From contig NOWV01000141.1 in assembly GCA_003344405.1 (NCBI GenBank), positions 124,001-188,000 of the forward strand: a stretch of DNA of 64,000 nt, read 5' to 3'. Position numbers and translations under genes: made by a program. Origin of the DNA: Trichoplax sp. H2. Taxonomy: Eukaryota. Below the pieces are notes generated by a model. That model saw only the letters and a list, made by a program, of their open reading frames with translations. It did not search any database and was not told where the DNA came from. Shown here in pieces: positions 52,201-64,000 of this stretch (its first letter is position 1; the number at the start of each line of letters is the position of its first letter).

Positions 52201-53099
52201 AATTTATTAGTTGCCATTACTTGGTATTAACCTGCTTCCATTTCTATTGGAAGACAAATTTTCATTTGGTTAATAATTTATATCTATAAGTCTAATCATT
52301 GAGCTATTAGGATACAAGTAAATCAAATAGATAATTGTTTCAGAATCAAATAAGTACCGGCAGAGGTTACATAATTCGCAGTCGCTTTGAAAAATTTGGA
52401 AGCTTGATAGCATTAATTCAATTTGGTCAAGAATATTCAAAAATTCGAAATTCTATCTAGCAATCGTTAAATATCAAATGATATACTGCTGTTGCTCAGT
52501 CGAATCGATATTATGGCTATTAATTAACAAGCAATGATAATTTTACTATCAAGTAATACATCAAGTCCTTTTAACAGGAATCGATATCGATGTAAGCCAA
52601 TTTGGTTGTCTATTATAGGTAAAGATTAGTAATGAATATTTCTAGAAAATTTATACGCTTATAAGACATTCAATTACCTAAAGTTAGTAAACTAAAACGA
52701 AATTTTTTCATTAGAGTTGCTATCTTTAAACATTCTAAAAAGCTGCTATCGGTATTAGGAGTAATTATAAAAATTTCTAAACCATCATTCCCGAGATTGG
52801 CGTGTACATGTTAGACCTATCTATATCATTGCAAGCTTAAATTTACCAATTATATTTTAAAATATCTAAGAATATTATTTGAATTGATTACAGTCACTAA
52901 GCGACTATAAAATCCCTTGATCGTTGACAAGCATTCTCTCAAAATATTCAAGATTGATCAAGATCGTTAGTTAAAATATTCCGTTTCCTAGTTTTGCTTT
53001 ACTTAATATATAAAATTTTTCTTTATTCCTTTTTAAAATATGAAAAGAAATATGGTAGTTATTCATTAATCAGATCGTCTGGCATAAGTTCAATATCAA

Positions 53100-54173
53100 A
53101 TGGAATCGAAGAATTATAGTAATCAGGCCCAGTCGAATTCAAGCAGCCTCGAATTTCAACATGGGTTATGGGGGAGTATCGGTGTGATGACATTGTTAAC
53201 AAATATCTTTCTGTTTTCAATGATTGTCAGTTGTAAACGCCTACGTATAATATCGAATTATATCATAGCCAGCATGTGTTTTGTTGGTATTTTAATAGCA
53301 TTACTTTATTTACTACCACGTTGGACCATCCCAATCTTTTATCGAGATCCATTTCTATGCCAAATTTTACCTGCTCTTGGTCAGGGCTTGTTATTAAATT
53401 TAAATTTTCATGTTTGTTTAGTTAGTTTAGAACGTTATATTATCATCTTATATCCATTTTGGCATCGTCAATATTGCTGTAAAAAAGTACTATCTTGGAT
53501 TTTATTGACAGTATGGTTTTTTACGGTATCATTTCCATTTATTCCGTTAATGACTTATCAACCTATACGTCAACATGGCTGTAATAATTACATAGTAGTA
53601 GATAAAGCACCTAACTTGATTATGTATTATATCTATTTTTCAGTTTTTTTCTTCTTCCCTGTAGCTATTTTAATTTCAACTTATACATGTATATTTTCTA
53701 AAATAATGTCAGGTGAATCTAAGGTTAGTAAAACCAATAGTCCATTTGTTCGTAAGCGTAAAACATTATGTCATATTAGCATTATTGTTGGTTTGTTTAT
53801 TATAACATGGTTGCCGTTTGTTATTGCATTTTTTGCCTTACAATTGAGAGAGAAAACTCAAGCGCAATTAGATGTTTTGACAGTAACTCAGTATATCTCT
53901 TTCTCTTATCCTGCTATCAATCCTCTTCTCTATACTTATTACACCAACAGTATTCGAGAGGAAATCATCTTTAATATTAAAATATTGCTTATCAAATGTG
54001 GCTTTGATATTCGAATTGATGAGCCGAATGGTGTACCAACTCGGACAGTTATTTACATGCATAGCCGACAATTATCAGCCAAGAAGTTATTTAATAATGA
54101 TAATCAATCGAACAAAGTTGCTACAGAAATTTCCTATATGGCCTCCTCAAAAAGTAAAAGTACTTTGGTATAA
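53100..54173 (+). CDS. Intronless class A (rhodopsin-like) GPCR, 357 aa, orphan
   Basis: Seven hydrophobic segments; TM1 N, TM3 C..SLERY, TM4 W, TM5 P..Y, TM6 FxxTWLPF, TM7 NPLLY; N-terminal NYS/NSS sequons. Confidence 0.95.
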   Translation: MESKNYSNQAQSNSSSLEFQHGLWGSIGVMTLLTNIFLFSMIVSCKRLRIISNYIIASMCFVGILIALLYLLPRWTIPIFYRDPFLCQILPALGQGLLLNLNFHVCLVSLERYIIILYPFWHRQYCCKKVLSWILLTVWFFTVSFPFIPLMTYQPIRQHGCNNYIVVDKAPNLIMYYIYFSVFFFFPVAILISTYTCIFSKIMSGESKVSKTNSPFVRKRKTLCHISIIVGLFIITWLPFVIAFFALQLREKTQAQLDVLTVTQYISFSYPAINPLLYTYYTNSIREEIIFNIKILLIKCGFDIRIDEPNGVPTRTVIYMHSRQLSAKKLFNNDNQSNKVATEISYMASSKSKSTLV

Positions 54174-57100
54174 ACAACACGATTTCGTAGTAACAATTTT
54201 CCTTATTGATTAGTCGTTAAGGTAATTATCACCTTTCAAATTACAATGAATATAGAATGTATATTTAAATTGATCTACAGTATTTCGACACTCATCTATT
54301 GCTTTGTCAAAAATTTAAAATATAGCTACATGATGATACGATTGTACGTGTAAATTTAAAATCAAAAATTATATTCGTATAAACGATATGATCACGTCTT
54401 GATTTTCTCATCAACCTGTAATTAGAAATTTTATGGCATATTACGTCATTAATTATTGATAGATTTTAAATTTATTCAATCTAATCAAGCGTAACAGTGT
54501 TGTTTACTAGATCATATAATATTACTTTCACTTATTTTAAATCTGATATTGCTTCTATATATCGTGATAATGACCACCCTGCTATACTGCATTGTAATCG
54601 GTATATGGTTCGCAATAAATTTATGTAAGCAAGCAGTGAAGTACAGTATAAGTAATTGCAATCTTCAATATAATTTCATATTTTAATGTAATATGAACAT
54701 TATTATTCCATAATCAAACATTATTGATAATGTGTAGGGGCTAAATAGATGATATAAATCAATAGTAAATTATTCTATTCGCAATTTAATAGATTGAATT
54801 CAATTATGCCAGATTTTTATAGTAAATAATGCGAATATGCTATAGTAGTATCATGACAATCATGGTTTGTTGCATTTCCCCCTTTATTGTTATTTAAACT
54901 AAATTATATTATTATTAACGATATCTCATCTAATTAAAAGTAGTTACAAACGGAGATACGCTGCTGCTAACTACGGTAAAATAAATAACAAAGTAATATT
55001 GTATATGCAATCAAATTTCTAGTTCTAGCATTCTTAATCAATTATAGTATACTGTCTGTACACCGTATGAATTGAAATCAACAGTGTCCTTTTTTTGGAT
55101 TATCTCCATTTTAAGCTACTTCAGTAAGCTGTAAGATGATGTCAGGAAAAATTTTCAGCTAGCAATATAGATGATTCAGTAAACATAGTAAGGTGTGGGA
55201 ATAGATCCTTACAAATGTATAGATAATTATGCGTACATTAAAAGTAAAAGGATGATCAATCAAATATACTAGTAACTTCAATTCTAATGTAACATGCAAA
55301 GCAGTAAAGGAGTATATACGGTGCTTAATAGAATAATAATGAGATATTGTAACGATATCGGTTCTTTATTATAATAATCATAACTATTGATGCATCTCAA
55401 GCATGAATAATTATAAACAGTTACACATACTGTATATAATTAAAAATGTAGCTGTCTAGCAGATAATTCAATTTCTAGCTGAATATGCAGGACGGATGAT
55501 ATTGTAAATAAACAAAGCTTGAATTTGTTACTAGTCATGTTCAGTCAGTTGACTATTTCAACTTGCCATTGTTCATTCATTGTGCAGTATTCCTGATTTT
55601 GTTTGTCATATAAAACAAATACTACATTCAGAATGTGGATATTTTTCCGCTATTAAATTGATACATGATACTGAAACAGGTTTTGATTACGTTCCAATAG
55701 TCAATATGAGGAAGAACTCTAATAAATTTTCTTTATAGTTCGTTTTTAATTATAAATAAGAAGGGATGAATCACATCGTGCAATGCAGATGTGAAAGATT
55801 ATTACCTAAATTGCTTTCCATTTCATTAAATTATTAAATTGGTCTCTAATATTGTATTATCATTATTTCGGTACTATTAAGGTGGAAGCGATAAGTATTT
55901 TGTGTCTCTCCATCTATTATTACTTACATTCTGAACTGTAGCAGTAATTAAATTAAAGCACGTATAAAAATGGCAATGTTTTTAAGTAAACATTGCGAAA
56001 ATGTATTTATCCTATTGCTAATATAATGATGAATTTATTGAGTGTCTTTTTTCTAAATAACATCCAATGGCCTTGGAAAAAGTAGATATTAGCAAAATTG
56101 TACAGAATATAGATTATCACCAATCATGCATAACTTAATTTAATATATAGCCATAATTCTCTACTGCTACAATAAGTAGGTAAATCAATTTATTAAAGGA
56201 CTTTCATCGAGCTTTGTTATTGATGTCTCGATTTATCTCTATTAAGCTTATGTTCAATTTCTGTCAACAGATGTTATTCCAATCAAACTAGATCACAATG
56301 TTTTTACAATTTATTCAGGAATGTTCTACAATATAAAACGCACATTATAAACCAGAATATATTATTTTTGTTTACGTTAGAAAATTCAATGTTCATTTAA
56401 CAATCATTACAGTATTGTATTATCTGTCTGTAAAAGTAAGGAGCAGTGTCTACTTCTTAGGCTATACAGTATAAAATCCTCAGACTTATCAAACTGACAA
56501 AATAATATTTCATTGCAGTAGAATGATGCGATTGAGTGCAATAATAAAGACTAGCATGAATCAATTATCAACTTTATGCATCTTAATTAGTTGCATAAAA
56601 GAATGCCTTGATTCAACAATAATTTTTTGATAGTACTAAAATAAATCCTGCAAATAAAATTTTGCAAGCAAGGAGATTGTATCATTCTATATTTCTGCCA
56701 GCATCTTGAACACTATGCTCCATCTTGATATATAATAATTTAATACCACAATTTTTTAATAAAATTTATTAATTAATAGCCTTTATAATTGTTATTTATG
56801 CTAATGTATTTATGAAATCTTAAATGTGAGTCGTATTCAAATATTTTCTCTAACACTACTGGTTGTGAAGGCCTGTAAATACATATTTATGAATTTAATA
56901 TTGAAATCAATTTTGTGTAATTAAAACAAATGCATATTTGTTTTCTGTAAACATTTGGTTACTAATAAACACGTTAATACAACTGATCTCGATCATTTCC
57001 TAGCCAGGTGAGTGCATTGAGATTTGAGAATTCATAATTGCTACTATTACAATCAGATTTTTATAGCTGCCGATAAGTGACCAATATTTTATCTACATAT

Positions 57101-58514
57101 TTATCATATACTGGTACCGATATACAAGCTCTTATTTTAAATCAAATTTGAATCCAGTTAGAATATCAAATAATGTTTAATAATTAAATATAATACATTC
57201 CAATACCAATTAAAGCATTCAAACTTGAATTGTAAAATGCCTCCCTTTATTTTTAAAGTTTAAATGGATCGACTAGCTATCGTATCCTTCCACAAAAATA
57301 AGGCATTCAACTGATAAATTATCTGATTAATTAATTATAATTTTATAAGTGTTCGGTAGAAAGCATCATTATTTAGTTCACTTTAAAGCTATTCTTTTGT
57401 AGCTGTTGAATTCTTTATAATCAAAGTATGAAATAATAATTGTAGTAATCCATACAAAATAGATCCCAGCTTAGTTAATGTAATGACGTTTTAGATACTA
57501 ATTCAGGAATAAAATTTTGTAGTGACCTCTATTTTTATTTATTTTCATACGTTGTTTACCGGTAACTAAATATTATAATTATCAGAGTAGAGAAATTTCC
57601 CTCGGAATTTCAGCAATAAATATGAAATAAAAATCCTTAACCTCTTACCGTTTACCTTGCTATTTAGTAAACGGGAAACAAGACACAGCTACCTAGTTAA
57701 AAGTACACGGTTCAAATTAATAGCAATATCCGGAATAATATCTTTATGCGGTACTTCTAAAATTTTTTTGCTTAAAAATCTTTAGATCTAAAAGGTTTTC
57801 AGGAAACTTTTGTATCTGGTCATAATTAAAGTCTGAACGTGCAATTACAGCGATATTATCGGAAATATTTTATCGGAATGTATATGCAACATAATTTACT
57901 CTATAATTTGTAAGAGGTAGTGAATGATCATTATTAATACTGCACTTGATTCTACAATTTTAATTCAATGTTCTATTTTTCTTCAAAAAATTCGTATTAT
58001 ATTTTACCCTAAACTAGTATATTTAATTAAAAGATTTACTATTGGCTAATTTAAGTGTTATATATGTTTCTGCTATTTCAGCGAATTTTCAGCCTTAAGA
58101 CTGGTGCACATGTGTAAATATGTTTATATAAATACAGCATAATTTTGATAGTGATATTTTACTAATTTTATTTCAAGTTGTTTTGTTCCGGTAATCTCAA
58201 GGATAGTAAAAAAACCTGGATAGGATAGCTGACTACTTCACGATAATTCAATTTTTATATAAAAAACGTTGACTTTCGTCCTATTGTATTTCAGTCCTAG
58301 AAATTAAGCGCTTGATTAGCGTTTATTGATCACATTCTACTATTTTAAGTGCTAGATGATGATAAATAAAGTACACTTTATTTAAAATTACCATAGCAGT
58401 AAAGTGATTATATCAGTTTGATACAATCCAGTAGAAACATAGACTACCATATTTATGTCAGAAACTATTCTACGATCGAATATCATTGTTATATATTTAT
58501 TTAAGTTTACCTGC

Positions 58515-58955
58515 TGTCACAAACCAGCTTCGTGACAAGGATAACGTAAAACAAATCTCTAAATTACTATAGTCTCCGGGATTCAGTATCCCTTAACTAC
58601 CTCACAAGAATTTAGACGCCTTTGCTTCTACCTTAAAACAACTATACAATTGAGAACTGCTTTATTCAACTATCTGACGGGTTTATATACCCTTCTAAAG
58701 CAGCTAACATTCACAAGTCATCTTATAAAAATACTTGGGTGAGAACATCTACTAACTAGTTTTTCACAGTCGGACTACAATATGTCCATTCACAGAATCA
58801 TTTCAGCACACGTTACAGCACAGCAATAAATTTACTGTAACACATTTATAATTAGAGTAATTCCTATTGTAAGTAACTAGTTGTAATATAATATCACTAT
58901 ATTATATTAACCAAATTTAGATATCTATTTCTTCACGGTAGTTCGCACCGTGACA
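58515..58955 (-). mobile_element. Solo-LTR-like element, second copy (441 bp)
   Basis: Reverse complement of 10176-10617 with high identity; TG...CA termini; flanks CCTGC / CCTGT (4/5 target-site duplication). Confidence 0.8.
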
Positions 58956-61589
58956 CCTGTCTACAAGATCATTCTCACTGCAATGCTTCATTACTATTTG
59001 CAACAACATCCTATCAATCTCATCTACCTCAGATATTACTTCAACTCATAGCATGCGAGTAAAAAATTGCGTGTTAATTCTCGTATAAGTCAGAAATTTC
59101 ATAAAATGTCGTGCTGTCGCGAGCTTTGAATAATGGGCGCCTGTGCTAGGTAAATTTAGAGAATAAACGGATAGAAGAAACCTTTATGTCCTGGTATAAT
59201 AAGAAGACTGTTAATATTGCCAGCGGGCTCTGCTCTACAGTAATTCATTGTCATTGTTATTTAGTTCTCTAAATTGGAAGTGGTGAACTATTCACTACAG
59301 TATCCTTACCAATATTTTCCTTTGTTCCCAACTACATCATTGCAAGCATTTAAGCTATTTTGCTGCTCGATTGTATTCTAATACACCAATTTAGTTGCAA
59401 TTTTTCAGATTGTTGATTTAAACAATACGTCAAACACCTGCTTTGGCTAATATTATTTGCAGGAGTAACGGCGTAAAATAATTACTGTAAAGTAATTCGC
59501 ATTTTAGAAATTGATGACCTTCATGAATTATTGAAATCGATCTTATTATTCGTACTAGAATAAATAACGTATAATCTAGTAGCTCAAAATTAAAGGATAC
59601 CTATTCTATTGAAAAGATTTACAATATCGAAATTTATAGTACGGTTTTAATCAGTTATAAACACAGTTTGTTTTATCTCGTTAACTATGCCCGAATCATT
59701 TCTTATACTAAGAATAATTTCATCCTCTTTAATACCTCCTGAGCACATTGTTGTAGATTATTCCATCTAGAGGTTTGTAAAGTATACTTCTGAAATGAAT
59801 CTGCTTCTTTGAATCCTTCAAAAATTCTAATCAAAGACGATTGGTAGTAAAACAGTTTATTACGAGACTTAATTTAACAAAATCTCTTTAGATACAGATT
59901 ACAATTTCAAGTATGAAGAAGACAACCTCTATAACTACTGGTATCTTTAATTTGTTTACAATCTGAAAATCATAAAAATGAATTATTGAATGACATCTAT
60001 TAATTTACTATAGTATAAAAAAAAAAACTTACGATTGCTAGAGTTTCACACGAAACTATAACTGGCGTATCCTTCCTACTAACAACATGATCATACTTGG
60101 ACTTGTCATTGCTAGCGGTAAATAAACTGTAATTTAGGCAACAGCTTCATTGAACAAATTACTATTATCTAATGTAATTTAGTATTAAATTATAGATTAA
60201 TATCCATGCTTAGTTTGATGTGCGATAGTGTAGGTTTCTATAATTATTATAAGCCTTATTTAGTAGCTCATAGCTGTAGGATGTAATCAAAGATTCTATT
60301 TTAAGCTAGTACCGATGATTATATGCAGTAGAGAGTTGAATCACTATTGGTTTTCGAAGTAAAAGTAGAATGGCCATTCATATGTTACGGCCATTCCCAA
60401 GAATGATTTTGTTCTTAAGATAACACATATATTAGGATAGGGTTAGTCCATAGTACTTTAGCTGGCTGAAATATTTTCAAAATAAATACTATAGCTTTGC
60501 CATATTGAATTATAGATAGTCCGCTGTAAAATGTAGTTACTAATAATAATCTGAATAAGTGTAGAGTACGGTAATGTGCGCGTAATCAAGTCCTTTTCGC
60601 TAAATTAATAAAGCCAGATCTACAGCTTCTTGTAAACTTGACTTTATTGCGTGAGTTATGTACGCCTAACAGCTATCAATGACTATCTAGCTACAATCGG
60701 ACCATCACTAGGCTATCTAAATTATTACAGAAATATTCATGATTTATATGGAATTAGTTACAGAACGGTTTTTATTTATTGTCATTTAAGTCGCAAGATC
60801 AGATCTAAATTTACTATCGCGCTTCTAAATAAAGCGTCAAAATACAAATCGCATAGTACTGACTGACATTCTCTATGCAAGCTGTATATATATCAGAATC
60901 TCAATCATCTAAATATAATAATAATCTACTACAATTAGGCATTTACGTAATTTGCAATCTCGTTTACAATTGCTCTCTTTTCGTATAATCTAACAATTTT
61001 ATTCTTAGATATATTTCAGACCGTACCATAAGGTGAAGTGTTGCTATACTAATCGTACCTTGAAATATTACGAAAAGTATTTAAGCAGGCAAATTTACAT
61101 TATTCAGTAGTACTTTTTAGAACCATTTTCAGCAATTGTATTCAACTAGAGTAGAGCTGCATGTAGATCATCTTTGTATAAAGATCTAATAAAGTTCTAA
61201 TTTTCTACAAATTTTGAAACTTCGTAAACAGTTCTATCACTTAAGCCAACACGATTACAATTTCAAAACGATCAGATCACTAAGCGAAACGTTAATTTAA
61301 TCTTCGTTGATGATGAAGCGTAAAACACTGGTATTATATAATATATAATCACATCATACTGTGGTAAATGGACATTGTGAAAGGAATATCTGCTAAGAAA
61401 TAGAGAAATTGCTTAACTGTTAATAAGAGAGCTTTTTAAGCTTGCGATAAAATACTTGTAGTGGTTTATGAAGTGATAACAGAAAAATTGAAAGATTTAT
61501 TCTGGTTAATCATGCAGCATTTACGGAGTGAGTAACAATTAAAGTGTACATTAAAGCTAGTAATCAAGTAAGAGTATCTCTCATAAATA

Positions 61590-62000
61590 TTACTAATCCA
61601 ATAGCTAGATTTATTAGTTAACTGGATTGATTTCTTAATTACATGAGTTAAACTGCTACACAGGCAATCTAAATCCTCATTCCCTAGTTTTGAAGCCTCG
61701 GAGGGAAATCTTTTATCATCCCTCACAAATTGTACTAATGCAATGCTTAGATTGTTCAGTTAACCTAGATTAAGTTCTTAAATAGATGTGCTAAATTACT
61801 ACAGTAGCAATCTAAATCCTGGTTGTGTAGTTGATTAAGCCTCCTAAGGAAATATTTTATTATCGGTTACAAATTTTGCTAATGCAATTGCTAGATTTTT
61901 TATTCATCTAGATTAAGTTCTAAAATAGATGAGCTAATATACTACATTGACTATCTAAATCCTAATGGGGTAGTTGTTTTGAAGCCTCCAAAGGAATCTA
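61590..62000. repeat. Degenerate tandem repeat, ~140-147 bp unit, ~3 copies
   Basis: atctaaatcct...aagcctc at ~61667, 61810, 61953. Confidence 0.8.
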
Positions 62001-64000
62001 TTACTTTAAAATTTTTAGTCAGTATTCTTTACAATCCTTGTGCCTACTATCCAACTTGTCATAGTAGGTTTTTATTAATAGAATTAGCGCAGCTCAATAC
62101 GAATATACAATATTAAATTTCAAATTCTAATTGCATTGATATTTTTAAATTCAGCTGTATTTATAATAATAACATAAATATAATACCAAGCAAGGCCACA
62201 TTTTGATAGTTATGCATATGCATAATTATGTCAGTATTTGAATGCATTCCCATACTTAATGCACATAGAGAATGTTATACTGCTTCAGAAATTCAGATAA
62301 TAATAATACACATAGACTATCGTATCTGTTATGAGCATTATGATATTAAAATTGAATGAGCATCAGTATTAGTTAATTGAGTACCATAGTGCGATGTCAT
62401 AATCCCATGGCGCTACTATAAGATAACAGATATGACCATAAGCGTAAAAATAATGTACAGTAAACAAGGAAAGCAAAATAAATCTACAGGAATAAGCCAT
62501 TCATGGTGGGCTTAAACTAAGACTCCATGCCATTATAGCTATTGCGCTTATTACAATAATTTGTTATTATTTATAGCTTTTGTAAACTATTTCAATAAAA
62601 AAACACTTACTAAATGCGGTTTATTTCTTTCCTGCAAATCTCAAACGCTATTATTACACAGTAGTAAGGATCCTCAATTTAAACTATAATATCTCTAATC
62701 TATTAATTAAGCAAATACAAGCATTACTGCTATAAAAAGTCCTTTCCTAGCAGATCTATGGATGCAAAACAAACTATCAGCTTAAAACCCAGCAAGCTTC
62801 TTCATTAATCGGTTAATTAATTTATTTAAAAAGTAGGATATGATGCAAGTAAGTATCGTACTCCAATTTAAATTGGCTAGATCCAAAATACTATAAAATG
62901 GAAAGAACTATATCATTATATCATTGATGTGGCCTAGAGCCTTTTAGCTTTCACAATAAGTAAGTACATTTCCTAATTATCGGCGACTTCAATTTTTCTT
63001 AGATATGTCCGTAAAACATTTAATTTGTCAAGCAAGAACTTAATTGCAGTCAATCATATATTTTACCTATAGCTTAATTTTAGGCAGACAATAATATAGA
63101 ATCAACGAAATAGAATAATATAATATAGTGTCAGAAGTGAATCTATGTATCAAGAATGTCTTAAAACAATTCGAATGAATATCAGTAGATGTCTTTAAAC
63201 GTTGCTCAGAAAATAGATTTTTTACTACTACCGTTAAATTAACAATAGATTTGTATCGGCATCAAGTATTATAAAACTAAAATTCAAGCTTAAGCAGTTA
63301 TAATAACATAATTATAATTTAATCATAAGTAGTAACCGTTCAAAGTTAACTGCTGCAGTAGATGCCATTATATCTACCCACTTTTTTTGATATCTGTTTA
63401 CTCCTAAAGTGTCTAGATATTAGTAAGGTCTTGACAATACATTAAAAAGATAAGCACAAACTATCTTGAGTACGTGCATGTGATAACATTCAATAGCCAA
63501 GCAAGAAACTGGTGATATTTACGGTATATCATTCTATTATCCATGTTATCATCCAAAAACCGAAATTTTTATTTAAGTAGCGGCTGTCTAATCTACGTAC
63601 TTTTAATATCTGATTACCGCTAAAGCATCTGGATATTAGAAAGATCATAACTATATTTACAGCGTAGGCCAAAACTATCTTAAGTACGTACATCTGACAA
63701 CGTGTGATAGTCACTTGAGAACAAGGCAATATTTATGTAGTTCTAATATCCCTTAAATTATGCAACTTTCCGGCAACAATTTACCGTTGTAAATCTGTCA
63801 ATGTTACAAATTATGAATCAAAACAGCTTAGCTATTCAAGTTTGGCTATCTATCAAACAAGTCCGATAGGATGATTATAAGTAATTTTTTGTTTTCTTAT
63901 AAAATTGACTAAAGTAAACAGTTTGTATTCGAACCGAATTTAGCTATCATGATAGTTAAGATATTATTTCCAGACATAGAATATTCTATTAATTAATATA

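Noticed and set aside
47000-53000. Short ORFs at 50623 and 50967, and those at 60651, 61466, 63529
   Set aside because: Low-information AT-rich frames with no recognisable domain or splice chain; 61466-61726 overlaps a tandem repeat.
53880-53935. GPCR as an opsin
   Set aside because: Position 7.43 is Phe, not the retinal-binding Lys.

Overview
AT-rich eukaryotic (animal) genomic DNA with short GT-AG introns. Composition and gene structure suggest a compact early-branching animal genome such as a placozoan (inference, not proven). The ORF track only catches single exons, so I assembled the genes by hand from splice sites and codon phase. The first ~38 kb hold a cluster of five paralogous Pelle/IRAK-like kinase genes with nearly identical intron positions. 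Four (PK1 +, PK2 +, PK3 -, PK4 +) are open-frame pseudokinases lacking the catalytic HRD aspartate; one (K5 -) keeps all catalytic motifs. None of the four pseudokinase models has a death domain. Each instead starts with a tiny first coding exon carrying a lipid-anchor signal (CCC, CCC, MGNAC, CC), and two add an acidic dileucine sorting motif. This resembles plant lipid-anchored receptor-like cytoplasmic kinases/pseudokinases and is the best candidate for an undescribed system here. Downstream are CDT1 (variant PIP degron, upstream E-box cluster) and an intronless class-A GPCR lacking the sodium-pocket residues. Also present: two ~440-bp solo-LTR-like elements with 5-bp target-site duplications, a probable spliced pseudogene, a speculative diadenylate-cyclase-like relic in an intron, many degenerate tandem repeats and a 20-N gap with a duplicated overlap.
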